DNA of 51,764 nt, taken from positions 1 through 51,764 of the forward strand of contig JAWBKB010000010.1 in assembly GCA_038831915.1 (NCBI GenBank), written 5' to 3'. Positions 9,213-19,293 of the stretch are shown piece by piece. Numbering within the stretch: the stretch's first letter is position 1; each line of letters opens with the position of its first letter. Both the position numbers and the translations under genes were made by a program. The notes under the pieces are model-generated. The model was not told where the DNA came from. It ran no database searches and worked only from the letters and a program-made list of their open reading frames with translations. This DNA is from Candidatus Caldarchaeum sp. (GTDB lineage Archaea; Thermoproteota; Nitrososphaeria_A; Caldarchaeales; Caldarchaeaceae).

Positions 9213-10128
9213 AGACCTTCTTCCTCAAATAGCCAACTATTCCGCTTGGAAAGAGCATGAATATAGCCAGCGCTAGCGCGGAATAGATCAGCAGCCGTGA
9301 CCTTACGAGGATTTCTATTTTCAGGGTTTCGATGAGTGTTTGGATGATGTAGGCTCCTACAACCGGGCCGATTACCGTGGCTCTTCCTCCGAGCAAAGTC
9401 ATCAACAACGGAAGGCTTGCCTTCTCCAGTTCATAGGTTGCCGGGCTGACGACACCGTTCAAATAACCATAGAGAGCACCTGCGATTCCGGCGATGAAAA
9501 CGCTGATGGCGAGTGCTATTAGCTTGTATCTTGGAACATCTATACCGGCGGCTCTAGCAGCCACTTCGTCGTCTTTTATACATGTGAAAATTATGCCAAG
9601 CCTGCTACGGACGATGACGTAGGTTGCAACGACGCCGGCCGCCACCAACGCGAGACTTATCAGGTAAAATGTCGCGGCCGAGTCAACTAGTGGCGGAATT
9701 CCGAATATGCCATCATGACCGCCGAGCTGCGGCAAAGCGTTCGTTATCTGGTAGGCAATAACAGGTATGACCAGTGTTACGAGGGCGAAGAAATGCCCGC
9801 GCAGCTTGAGGCTTGGAAGCCCGATTAAGCAACTAAGCCCTGTGACGATTATTGCTCCGAGAAAAGTCGCTGCCAGCGGCGGCACCCCCCAGTTTAAAGT
9901 GAGCAATGCAGCGGCGTAACCTCCTCCTGCGAAGAAAAACGAATGACCGAGGCTAAGTAAACCCATGTAGCCAGATAGGATGTTCCAGCTTATCGCCAAC
10001 AAAGCAAAGATGTTTGTCAGAGTTAAGATGAAAATCAGAAACCGGAGGTTGAAGCCTACCGGTATCACGGCCAGCAAAACAAATACGACCGCCAATACTG
10101 CCAACACGATTTTGTCTACGGTTTTCAA
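9193..10128 (-). CDS. livM: Branched-chain-type ABC permease (LivM-like)
   Basis: Hydrophobic; GYMGLLSLGH, LRGHFFALVT, IKDDEVAA. Confidence 0.88.
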   Translation of the reverse strand: MKTVDKIVLAVLAVVFVLLAVIPVGFNLRFLIFILTLTNIFALLAISWNILSGYMGLLSLGHSFFFAGGGYAAALLTLNWGVPPLAATFLGAIIVTGLSCLIGLPSLKLRGHFFALVTLVIPVIAYQITNALPQLGGHDGIFGIPPLVDSAATFYLISLALVAAGVVATYVIVRSRLGIIFTCIKDDEVAARAAGIDVPRYKLIALAISVFIAGIAGALYGYLNGVVSPATYELEKASLPLLMTLLGGRATVIGPVVGAYIIQTLIETLKIEILVRSRLLIYSALALAIFMLFPSGIVGYLRKKVYAAPKS

Positions 10129-10994
10129 TGTTCCACACTCCTTCCAAAGATTCCTCTTGGTCTAATCCATAAAGTTAACAAGACTGCTATTAGTGATGCT
10201 GCGCCTCCGTAAAGAGGGCTGACAAGGTTCTGCACCGTGATTTCTACATATCCTATGACGAATGCCGCGATTAATGTTCCACGGTAGTCTCCGAGGCCAC
10301 CTAACACGACGATTGCGAAGGCCAGAGTAAGCATGGGCCATCCCATCACCGGCGTAATTGTGCTTTGAGGAGTTACTAGGAGGCTGGCGAGACCCGCCAA
10401 AGTCGTTGAAAGCCCAAGGACAAGCGCCATGGTTTGCTGGGGTTTGATGCCGACGCAGACGGCGGCGTCGATGTCCTGAGCCACACCTCTAATAGCGAGT
10501 CCGACCTTGGTTTTGTAGATAAGCACCCAAAGCAGCACAAGGAGAACAGACGCTGCTACCGCCGCCGCAAGCTGTTGGTTGAACACGGAGACGCCGAAAA
10601 CCACCGTCGAACCTGGAAACACAGCTGGAGTTGACCATGGAAAGTTCGTGAACAAAAGCACGATCAAGTTCTGAATGACTAAAGCTATCAAGAATGTTGT
10701 CATTATCATTTCGATGTGTTCTTTGATTCGTCGTAAGACAGTCCAGTAATAGACGGAACCAGCTGCAAAAAGGGCTGCTAAAGTAGCGATAAACGTGGGA
10801 ATCAACGGAATGTTATAGACTGTGACTAACGCATAAGCCATGTAAGCTGCAGCCGCGTACCACATTCCATAAGCGGCGTCAATCATTCTTGCAACTCCAA
10901 AAATAAGGGAAAAGCCCTCTGCGAAGAGGGCGTAGACGAGGCTCGTTATGAAGCCGTAGACGAGGATGACCGCGAACGCCTCTGAGCCAATCAT
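10125..10994 (-). CDS. livH: Branched-chain-type ABC permease (LivH-like)
   Basis: GFSLIFGV, TKVGLAIRGVAQD, VVLGGLG, RPRGIFG. ATG 10994 directly follows the SBP stop. Confidence 0.88.
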   Translation of the reverse strand: MIGSEAFAVILVYGFITSLVYALFAEGFSLIFGVARMIDAAYGMWYAAAAYMAYALVTVYNIPLIPTFIATLAALFAAGSVYYWTVLRRIKEHIEMIMTTFLIALVIQNLIVLLFTNFPWSTPAVFPGSTVVFGVSVFNQQLAAAVAASVLLVLLWVLIYKTKVGLAIRGVAQDIDAAVCVGIKPQQTMALVLGLSTTLAGLASLLVTPQSTITPVMGWPMLTLAFAIVVLGGLGDYRGTLIAAFVIGYVEITVQNLVSPLYGGAASLIAVLLTLWIRPRGIFGRSVEH

Positions 10995-10995
10995 G

Positions 10996-12324
10996 TTACG
11001 GCAGCACGAAGTTGCGAACGGTGTCTCTTTGGTCGGGGCTCCACACGGGCACGAGTTCTCCGTTTTGCCACTGTCCAAAATACCAGTAGAGATGGTGCTC
11101 AGCTAGGTTTAGTCCGTGATGTTTTCGGTCGAATTTGATGCGTCCCATAACACCTGTGTAGTCGGTTTGTTCAAGTGCGGCGACCAGTTTGTCTCCTTTC
11201 CAGCTGTTCGCTCTTTCAAGAGCTTCTTTCAGGACGTAGATGGCGTCGTATGTTCCGAAGGCTGCGGTGTTCGGTGTTTCACGATGTCTCTGAGTGAACT
11301 TTTCGATGAACGGAATTGTTTTCGGTGTCACAGGCACTTTAACCGTTGCAGGCCACCAGAAAGTACCTTGAGCAGCGCCGCCCGTCTGTTCCCAGAACCA
11401 CGAGAAGCCTCCGAGAAGACCCGGACCGAAAACCAGAGGCTTTTTACCCGGTGACCAATCGTATGCGGCCCACTGCTTTACAAACGCCACACCTGGCGGG
11501 CCAGAGAAGAGCAGTATGATGAGGCCAGCACCACTCGCTTTGATTCTGGCGAGATAGCTTGAAAAGTCAGCTTGTGTTGTTGGATAAAGCTCTGCGAAAA
11601 CGAGTTCGAATCCTTGTTCTTGCAGGTTTCTAAAGAACGTCGAGTTGCCCGCAGGTCTTCCAGCAAGTCCAGCTGTCCAAAGGGCGTTTTCGGCCACTAA
11701 CGCGACCTTTGTTACGTCTGGGAAGTTCGGGTTGTTTTTCGCCGCGTTCCGCAGTGCTAAAGGAATTGCTGCGATGTATGGTCCGGCGCTAGAGTTTCTG
11801 CCGCCCGCGAAGAAGTGGAAATAGTATTTATAATTTTCGTAGTCTGTTTGGACGAGGTCTTCGACTATTCTTTGGTTTGATTCGACGTCGAGGAATACGA
11901 TTTTGTACTGTGAAAGTAGCTGTGACTGAGCGACGACCACATCGGTTCTAACTCCGCCGACTATGACATGCGCACCGTGGACTTCGATTAAGCGTTTGAA
12001 CGCTGTCACCCCTTGGTCAACGGGGATAAGGGGGTCCATTTCGTTAGTGTCTTCCGCAACGAGTACAAGTTCGTATTTCGTGCCGTTGATTGTCACTCCC
12101 CCGGCGGCGTTAATTTCTTCAACTGCCATTTCTGCTGCATACTTTGCGTGTATTCCAACCGGGTTTGTCAGCGGAAGCGAAAGCCCGATAATGATTTGTC
12201 TCTTCTGCTGTTCGGGTGTAAGAACTCCGGTCAAGAAAAGGCCGCCGACCGCGGCCGCAGCGATGACGACGACGAGGACTACAACAGTGGCCGTTCTGCT
12301 AATCGCGTTTATTCTCGAATTCAT
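10996..12324 (-). CDS. ABC transporter substrate-binding protein (LivJ/K-like) with N-terminal membrane anchor
   Basis: N-terminal TM helix, AVEEINAAGG, YDAIYVL, GVMGRIKFD; first gene of the liv-type operon. Confidence 0.88.
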   Translation of the reverse strand: MNSRINAISRTATVVVLVVVIAAAAVGGLFLTGVLTPEQQKRQIIIGLSLPLTNPVGIHAKYAAEMAVEEINAAGGVTINGTKYELVLVAEDTNEMDPLIPVDQGVTAFKRLIEVHGAHVIVGGVRTDVVVAQSQLLSQYKIVFLDVESNQRIVEDLVQTDYENYKYYFHFFAGGRNSSAGPYIAAIPLALRNAAKNNPNFPDVTKVALVAENALWTAGLAGRPAGNSTFFRNLQEQGFELVFAELYPTTQADFSSYLARIKASGAGLIILLFSGPPGVAFVKQWAAYDWSPGKKPLVFGPGLLGGFSWFWEQTGGAAQGTFWWPATVKVPVTPKTIPFIEKFTQRHRETPNTAAFGTYDAIYVLKEALERANSWKGDKLVAALEQTDYTGVMGRIKFDRKHHGLNLAEHHLYWYFGQWQNGELVPVWSPDQRDTVRNFVLP

Positions 12325-12386
12325 ACTCGCTTTACAATTCGTGAGTTATTTATAGGTTATCCCAAAAGCATTGTATATTAAAATGG

Positions 12387-13100
12387 TTGCTATCTACGAT
12401 TGACGTGATAATTGTCGACAGCAACGAAGCGGCTGAAAACGTTCGGCTCGTAGAATCTTTACGAAATGTCGTAGAAACGGCAGTAAAGCCTTTGCCGGCT
12501 GGCGACTATTTGGTCGTGGGCCGTGAGACAAACGCTCTTGTTGAAAGGAAGACGATAATGGATTTTCTTAACAGTTTGAAAGGCCGGCTTTGGGATCAGC
12601 TTTCGTTGATGCGTGATTTTGAAGGAGAGAAGTTGTTGATTCTTGAAGGCTGTCTCGGGCTTTACAGGAAACGTGGATGGAAAGAGGTTTCAATCCTCGC
12701 ACTGATGGACCGCATCGTCAACGAATGGCGCATCCCAATCATTCCTACACCAGACATTCGCGGCACGCTGACCTACTTGGTGTGGAAAAACAAATCACTG
12801 GGAGAAGTTGACGAATTCCGGGAATATCCATTACGCATCAAACGGAAAGAAATGTCTGTTGAAGAACAGGCTTTGTTTGTCCTTGAAGGGCTATGCGGAC
12901 ATGAAACAGCGAAAGCTCTTCTCAGCCATTTCAAAACCTTGCGAAATGTCTTCCTAGCGCTTGACCCAAACGACGTTGACAGCGTTGCCGACTTGAACAA
13001 GATTAAAGTTAGCGGGAGAAGGATTCCCGAAAAAACTTTGAAAAAAATGATGACCGTAGCGAACGCTCCCTTTGCCTTCGGTGAGCAGTCAGACTCCTAG
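12387..13100 (+). CDS. Short-form XPF/ERCC4-domain structure-specific nuclease
   Basis: VDSNE, GDY and [22 protein letters not shown]4 signature; HhH-like C-terminus. Confidence 0.85.
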   Translation: MLSTIDVIIVDSNEAAENVRLVESLRNVVETAVKPLPAGDYLVVGRETNALVERKTIMDFLNSLKGRLWDQLSLMRDFEGEKLLILEGCLGLYRKRGWKEVSILALMDRIVNEWRIPIIPTPDIRGTLTYLVWKNKSLGEVDEFREYPLRIKRKEMSVEEQALFVLEGLCGHETAKALLSHFKTLRNVFLALDPNDVDSVADLNKIKVSGRRIPEKTLKKMMTVANAPFAFGEQSDS

Positions 13101-14504
13101 GAATTGTTTTTCTACTTCTGGAAGCCATTGAAGTTCCTGTTTTAGTTTTTCGATGGATTTCTTTATTTCCGTTTCTGGGTAGTACCATGGCGGTAGCTTA
13201 CCTTCGAAGAATTCTTCGTATGCATGTAGGTCGAACGCTCCGTGGCCGCAGAGGTTGAACAGAATCACTTTTTCTTCGCCGCTCTGTTTGCATCTTAATG
13301 CTTCGTCGATAACGTATCTTATAGTGTGGGATGGTTCGGGGCCGGGTAGAAATCCTTCGCTTCTCGCAAACGTTACAGCAGCGTCGAATACTGAAACTTG
13401 GTCGTAGGCATATGGTTGAATCCAGCCTTCGTGAAGGAGTAGGCAAAGGGTCGGCGCGTCTCCGTGATATCTTAACCCGCCCGCGTGTATAGGCGGTGGA
13501 ATAAAGTCAGAACCCAAAGTGTACATCGGCAATAGTGGAGTCATTTTGGCTGTGTCGCCGAAGTCGTAAGTGTAGATGCCTTTCGTCATGGTTGGACATG
13601 CGGTGGGCTCGGTAGCTACGAATTTAACTTGTTTTGGAGCTTTTTTTGAGACGACCTCGTAGTAGAAAGGCCAGAAAAGCCCGGAGAAGCTACTACCACC
13701 TCCTACACAGCCCGCTACGATGTCCGGGTAATCGTCAACCTGCTTCATTTGCTCCAAAGCTTCAAGCCCTTGGACTGTTTGATGCATCAACACGTGGTTC
13801 AGGACGCTGCCGAGGCTGTACTTCGTGTTTTCATGCGTGACACAGTCTTCGAGCGCTTCGCTAATCGCAACACCCAAGCTACCTGGATGGTTTGGGTTTT
13901 GGGCGAGGAGGCTACGGCCAAAGTTTGTCTGGTCGCTGGGACTTGGATAAACTTTAGCGCCCCATGAATGCATCAACATTCTTCTGCCCGGTTTCTGGTT
14001 GTAGCTCGCCCGAACCATGTAAACCGTGCATTCAAGCCCAAACATTCTGGTCGCGAAAGAAAGAGCACTACCCCACTGCCCAGCTCCCGTCTCGGTCGTA
14101 AGCCGTTCAACACCTTCTTTCATGTTGTAGTAAGCCTGAGCAACCGCTGTGTTCGGTTTATGTGAACCCGGCGGTGAAACGCCTTCATATTTGTAATAAA
14201 TCCGCGCAGGCGTTTTCAACGCTTTTTCAAGATTATAAGCCCTGTAAAGCGGAGTTGGCCTCCATATCCGCAAAACTTCACGCACTTCTTCTGGGATCGG
14301 TATCCATCTTTCCGGGCTTAGCTCTTGCTGAATCAACTCTTTGGGAAAGATTCTTTCGAGCTTTCGAGGGTCGACGGGCGCCTTTGTGGATGGGTCGATG
14401 GGGGGCGGAAGAGGCCTCGGTAGGTCGGGTAAAATATTGTACCAATATTTGGGGAGACTGTTTTCGTCGAGGACTATTTTGCGGTTCATGCGTTTGTCCG
14501 GCAC
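13089..14504 (-). CDS. trpB2: Tryptophan synthase beta, TrpB2 type
   Basis: [33 protein letters not shown]. Start may be ATG 14489. Confidence 0.93.
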   Translation of the reverse strand: MPDKRMNRKIVLDENSLPKYWYNILPDLPRPLPPPIDPSTKAPVDPRKLERIFPKELIQQELSPERWIPIPEEVREVLRIWRPTPLYRAYNLEKALKTPARIYYKYEGVSPPGSHKPNTAVAQAYYNMKEGVERLTTETGAGQWGSALSFATRMFGLECTVYMVRASYNQKPGRRMLMHSWGAKVYPSPSDQTNFGRSLLAQNPNHPGSLGVAISEALEDCVTHENTKYSLGSVLNHVLMHQTVQGLEALEQMKQVDDYPDIVAGCVGGGSSFSGLFWPFYYEVVSKKAPKQVKFVATEPTACPTMTKGIYTYDFGDTAKMTPLLPMYTLGSDFIPPPIHAGGLRYHGDAPTLCLLLHEGWIQPYAYDQVSVFDAAVTFARSEGFLPGPEPSHTIRYVIDEALRCKQSGEEKVILFNLCGHGAFDLHAYEEFFEGKLPPWYYPETEIKKSIEKLKQELQWLPEVEKQFLGV

Positions 14505-14580
14505 CGCCCAGAGATATAAACTTTCATAACAATACTTTCTATACGATAAACTAATTTAAAAGGTGAGAAAATTGCCTTGC

Positions 14581-15750
14581 ATGGATTTTGATGAAACTGA
14601 AGAAGTGGCGTTCATCAGGAGAACCGTTGCTGAATTCATGAAAAAATTTCCAGTCGAATATTGGCGTCGCGTAGACGTAGAGCGAAAATTTCCTGAGGAA
14701 TATTGGAGAGCCGCTGCCGAACAGGGGCTTCTGAGCATTAACATTCCTGAAAAATATGGCGGTTTGGGGATGGGTCTCTACGAGGTTTCCGCTGCGATCA
14801 TCGGTGTATCAGGAGCCGGTGGAGGACTGCCGGCTGGCGATTTGCTAATGAGAAACATGGTGTTCGCCGGATTGACGATTGAGCGATACGCGAAACCTGA
14901 TATTAAGGAGAAATATTTGCCGAGGATAGCTCGGGGAGAGCTGATATGTTCTTTCGCTCACACGGAGCCGAACGCGGGAGTGAATACGTTCGATATTCAG
15001 ACGAGTGCTGAAAAGGACGGAAACGGCTATCGGTTGAACGGACAGAAAATCTGGATTACTTTAGCTCACATTGCGGACATCATCATAGTTGTTGCAAGAA
15101 CTACGCCCAAAGAGAAAACACGTAAGAAATCAGAGGGGTTGACGTTGTTTCTGCTCGACGCCACGCAAAGCGGCGTAAAGACATCGAAAATTCCCGGCAT
15201 GGCTTTGCGGCCCCTTACCAGCAACGTTGTCTACTTCGAGGATGCTTGGGCTCCCGAGGAAAACGTGTTAGGTGAAGTCGATAAAGGCTGGGAAGCTTTA
15301 TCTGGAATTCTCAACGCAGAAAGAGTTTGCACGGCTTCCATCTCGCTTGGATGCGGCGAATATCTACTTTCACGAGCGGTTGACTTTGCCACGAACAGAA
15401 GAGTCTTCGGCAGACCAATAGGAAGTAATCAAGCAATTCAATTCCCTCTGGCTGAGGTGAAAGCCGAGCTCGAAACCGCGAAGCTAATGACGCAGAAAGC
15501 GGCTTGGCTTTTCGACAAAGGCAGAGATTGTGCGTTCGAAGCTAACGTCGCTGCGTTCGCCGCTGCAAGGGCTGCGTTCAAGGCGGCTGACAGAGCTGTC
15601 CAAACATTCGGAGGAAACGGCTTCGCCGAAGACAACGACATCGAAAGATTTTTCCGCGACACACGATTATTCAGAACGGCTCCGGTGCCCGAGGAAATGG
15701 TATTGAACTACATAGGCACTCGGATTCTCAACCTGCCGAGGTCTTTTTAG
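14581..15750 (+). CDS. Acyl-CoA dehydrogenase
   Basis: PEKYGG, TEPNAG, LNGQKIWIT, RRVFGRPIGSNQAIQF, QTFGGNG. Confidence 0.92.
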   Translation: MDFDETEEVAFIRRTVAEFMKKFPVEYWRRVDVERKFPEEYWRAAAEQGLLSINIPEKYGGLGMGLYEVSAAIIGVSGAGGGLPAGDLLMRNMVFAGLTIERYAKPDIKEKYLPRIARGELICSFAHTEPNAGVNTFDIQTSAEKDGNGYRLNGQKIWITLAHIADIIIVVARTTPKEKTRKKSEGLTLFLLDATQSGVKTSKIPGMALRPLTSNVVYFEDAWAPEENVLGEVDKGWEALSGILNAERVCTASISLGCGEYLLSRAVDFATNRRVFGRPIGSNQAIQFPLAEVKAELETAKLMTQKAAWLFDKGRDCAFEANVAAFAAARAAFKAADRAVQTFGGNGFAEDNDIERFFRDTRLFRTAPVPEEMVLNYIGTRILNLPRSF

Positions 15751-15791
15751 GCGTCGCATCTTTATTAATTGACGCAACCTCATTTTTCCAA

Positions 15792-18179
15792 ATGAGCTTC
15801 AACCTTGTCGGTTCTTCTGTTAAGACTAAAGAGGGCCTCCGTCACGTGAGAGGCCGCGGCCGGTTTGTGGACGACGTCGTTCTTCCGAACATGGCTCATG
15901 TTGCTTTTCTCCGTTCTCCTTATCCACACGCCGTCATTAAATCAATAGACACATCCGACGCCGAAAAAGCGGCGGGAGTTTACGGAGTTTTTACCGGCGT
16001 GGACATCGCCTCCGTCACCAAGCCCTTTCCACAGCTCACGGTTCCTCCAGCATCCCGTGTAATAGATTATTCCATGGCTGTGAAAAAGGTTAGGTTTGTA
16101 GGCGAGCCTGTCGCCGCAGTGGTCGCCGACAGCGTTTACCATGCGAGAGATGCTGTTGATTTAATCCAAGTTGAATATGAGCCGTTGAAACCCGTCGTCA
16201 ACCCGGTTGAAGTGCTTAACGGAAACACGCCGTTGATTCATGAAGAAGCTGGAACAAACATCGCCGCGACCGTGGAATACAACTACGGAGACTACGATTC
16301 AGCGGCCGCACAAGCAGACAAAATCATCACCACAAAACTCGTTTTCCATAGGTTTAGCTCCACACCACTCGAACCCAACGCCGTCCTAGCATCTTACGAC
16401 GAAAATACTGGCTACACCATTTACTGCAACAACCAAATGCCGATGTTTCTATCACCGTCGATTCTCAGGGCCCTCGATACGGACATGACAAAGGTTCGCA
16501 TCGTAACTCAGGACATCGGCGGAGGCTTTGGAGTAAAAATCCTCAACTACACATACATGGTTTTGGTCGCAGCCCTTTCACGGCTGACAAAAAGACCTGT
16601 AAAATGGATAGAAACACGCAGCGAGCACATGATGGCGAGCTCGCATGGAGCTGACCGGCATTTCACCGTTGAAGCAGCCATCAAAAACGATGGAACACTT
16701 CTCGGACTAAACGTAGTTACAGTCGACGACATAGGTGCCTACGCGCGCCACGAACCGGCTGGCTTAACCGTTTGGGCTCAAGTCGCTTCCGGATGCTGCA
16801 GATTCAAACATCTCCGACAACGCATGTACGCGGTTTTCACGAACAAATGTCCCGCAGGGCCAAACAGAGGATTTTCGAGAGCACCTCATCAATTCATGAT
16901 TGAAAGAGTTCTCGACAGAATAGCGCACCGCCTCGGCAAAGACCCTGTTGAAATCCGGCGTATCAACTACGTGAAGGTCGAGGAGCAGCCTTACACTACT
17001 CTGAACGGATGTGTCTACGACGGGGGTGACTACATCGGTGCTTTGGAGAAGACAGCCGCTATGATTGATTACTGGGCGTGGCGTAGAAAACAAGAGCAAC
17101 TACGCGCAGAGGGCAGGCTGATCGGCGTCGGTGTAGGAGTGACAATCGACTCGGGTGCCGCTAACTTTGGACAAGTGCGGATGCTGAACCCATCACTCCC
17201 CAACGTGGGAACAAGCGAAGCAGCATCTGTACAGATGACACCAGACGGCAATATATTGGTGAAACTTGGAACTATCCCGCAGGGGCAGTCGCATGAAACA
17301 ATAGCTTCCCAAATAGTCGCCGACGTGCTGGGAATAGATTATGAAGACGTAACAGTGGCGACGGGCTTCGACTCTGCATCTCATCCATACACTCTTCATT
17401 CGGGAACTTATGCAAGCAGATTCGCCGGAACGGGGATGGTCGCCATCTACAACGCAGCTCTCAAACTCCGGGACATGATAGCGACGGTCGCCGCAAAAAT
17501 CCTCGAAGCACGAAAGGCAGACATAGTTGTGCAGGGCGGAGCAGCTTATGTTAAAGACGCACCAGAGAAGAAAGTGTCTTTCAAACGCATCGCAAGAACT
17601 GCCTATGCCAATCCCTACGAGCTGCCAGAAGGAATGGAGCCGGGTTTAACCGCGACCGCTGTGTTCAGCCCACGATTCGAGCCCCCGGACGCAAACAAAG
17701 TTGGCAACCTAACCTTAACCTATTCCTACCAAGCACACGCGGTCGTTGTCGAAGTCGACCCTGAAAGCGGAGCCGCCAAAATATTGGACTACGCTATAGT
17801 TGATGACTGCGGTCGGGTCATCAACCCGGCCATCGTCGACGGCCAGGTTCACGGAGCGGCTTATCACGGTGTTGGAGCTGTTCTTTTTGAAAGCTTTGAA
17901 TATGATGAAGACGGTAGGCTTTTGACCAGCTCGTTCATGGATTACCTCGCTCCCACGGCCGCGGATACACCGAGCTTCAAAACATCAAGAATGATGATAC
18001 CTTCGCCTTTCACACCGCTAGGTGCTAAGGGAGTTGGTGAAGGATGCGGGGCGCCGATTCCGGCAATCGTAGCGGCCGTCGAAGACGCGTTGAAGAGTTA
18101 CGGCGTTGAAATTTCATCCTCTCATATCAGACCGGAATACATACAGCGTTTAATCAACAAGGCAGCTCGCGCCCGGTAA
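15792..18179 (+). CDS. Xanthine oxidase-family molybdopterin-binding large subunit (CoxL/XdhA-like)
   Basis: RSPYPHA, IGGGFGVK, QGQSHET, DCGRVINP..VDGQVHG, GAKGVGEG; active-site loop PNRGFSR. Confidence 0.9.
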   Translation: MSFNLVGSSVKTKEGLRHVRGRGRFVDDVVLPNMAHVAFLRSPYPHAVIKSIDTSDAEKAAGVYGVFTGVDIASVTKPFPQLTVPPASRVIDYSMAVKKVRFVGEPVAAVVADSVYHARDAVDLIQVEYEPLKPVVNPVEVLNGNTPLIHEEAGTNIAATVEYNYGDYDSAAAQADKIITTKLVFHRFSSTPLEPNAVLASYDENTGYTIYCNNQMPMFLSPSILRALDTDMTKVRIVTQDIGGGFGVKILNYTYMVLVAALSRLTKRPVKWIETRSEHMMASSHGADRHFTVEAAIKNDGTLLGLNVVTVDDIGAYARHEPAGLTVWAQVASGCCRFKHLRQRMYAVFTNKCPAGPNRGFSRAPHQFMIERVLDRIAHRLGKDPVEIRRINYVKVEEQPYTTLNGCVYDGGDYIGALEKTAAMIDYWAWRRKQEQLRAEGRLIGVGVGVTIDSGAANFGQVRMLNPSLPNVGTSEAASVQMTPDGNILVKLGTIPQGQSHETIASQIVADVLGIDYEDVTVATGFDSASHPYTLHSGTYASRFAGTGMVAIYNAALKLRDMIATVAAKILEARKADIVVQGGAAYVKDAPEKKVSFKRIARTAYANPYELPEGMEPGLTATAVFSPRFEPPDANKVGNLTLTYSYQAHAVVVEVDPESGAAKILDYAIVDDCGRVINPAIVDGQVHGAAYHGVGAVLFESFEYDEDGRLLTSSFMDYLAPTAADTPSFKTSRMMIPSPFTPLGAKGVGEGCGAPIPAIVAAVEDALKSYGVEISSSHIRPEYIQRLINKAARAR

Positions 18180-18249
18180 CCTAACTTACCTTTTTATAGC
18201 GTGGATGGATTGATAGGCATTCATAAATAGCGACGTAGACTTTGGCTGA

Positions 18250-19293
18250 ATGAGGAATTTGGGCAAAGTCACCGTTGGAATCAACGGCATGGGGAGAATT
18301 GGCAGGCTTTTCCTAAGAGCAGCGCTTGAACACCCGCTTTATGGCGACGCGTTTGAAGTGGTTGCGATGAACGACATAGCGGAAGCTAAAGCAACCGCTC
18401 ATCTCCTCAAGTACGACTCTGTCCACGGAAAAATCGATGAAGATGTAAAGGCCAGCGACTCACACATAAAAATCGGGAACAGAGAATTTGCATATTTCAC
18501 GGTTGCTAAGCCTTCAGACATTCCATGGGACGTTGTCGGTGTAGATGTTGTGATAGAGTCTACTGGGGTTTTTACTAATAGGTCTGAAGCGGCCCAACAT
18601 CTTCAGCACGGCGTCAAGAAAGTCATCATTTCAGCTCCTTCAAAGGACGCAGACGTAACAATCGTGCCCGGCGTGAACGATTCGATGCTCGATGTTTCGA
18701 AACACGTTGTTGTCTCCGGCGCATCATGCACCACAAATTGTCTAGCCCCGATCGTCAAAATTTTGCTCGACAACTTCGGAATCATCAAGGGATACATGAC
18801 CACGATTCACGCATACACAAATGACCAGAGAGTTCTCGACCTTTACCACAGGGATTTGAGGCGTGCAAGAGCAGCTTCTCTATCAATCATCCCAACCTCA
18901 ACGGGAGCTGCTACCGCGCTTCATCAGGTTATTCCCGAAGTCAAAGGGAAGTTACACGGGATCGCGTTGAGAGTTCCGGTACCCGATGGTTCACTCACCG
19001 ATTTGTCAGCCCTTCTCGAAACACCCGCTAGCGTCAAAGAAATCAACGAAACTTTTCAGGAGGAGGCGATGGGCAGGATGAGAGGCATAGTCGAGTACAC
19101 CGAAGACCCGATAGTTTCATCGGACGTGATTGGCAATACACATTCCTGCATTTTTGACGCTACTCAAACACTCGTTCTCGGCGAGAAAAACGACTTTGTC
19201 AAAGTCTTCGGCTGGTATGACAACGAATGGGGGTACAGCAACCGTCTCGTCGACCTCGTCCTAATGGTGTCAGGTCGTGGCCGACTACGATGA
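18250..19293 (+). CDS. gap: Type I (bacterial/eukaryal-type) glyceraldehyde-3-phosphate dehydrogenase
   Basis: GINGMGRIGR, LKYDSVHG, ASCTTNCLAP, HAYTNDQ, WYDNEWGYS. Confidence 0.95.
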   Translation: MRNLGKVTVGINGMGRIGRLFLRAALEHPLYGDAFEVVAMNDIAEAKATAHLLKYDSVHGKIDEDVKASDSHIKIGNREFAYFTVAKPSDIPWDVVGVDVVIESTGVFTNRSEAAQHLQHGVKKVIISAPSKDADVTIVPGVNDSMLDVSKHVVVSGASCTTNCLAPIVKILLDNFGIIKGYMTTIHAYTNDQRVLDLYHRDLRRARAASLSIIPTSTGAATALHQVIPEVKGKLHGIALRVPVPDGSLTDLSALLETPASVKEINETFQEEAMGRMRGIVEYTEDPIVSSDVIGNTHSCIFDATQTLVLGEKNDFVKVFGWYDNEWGYSNRLVDLVLMVSGRGRLR

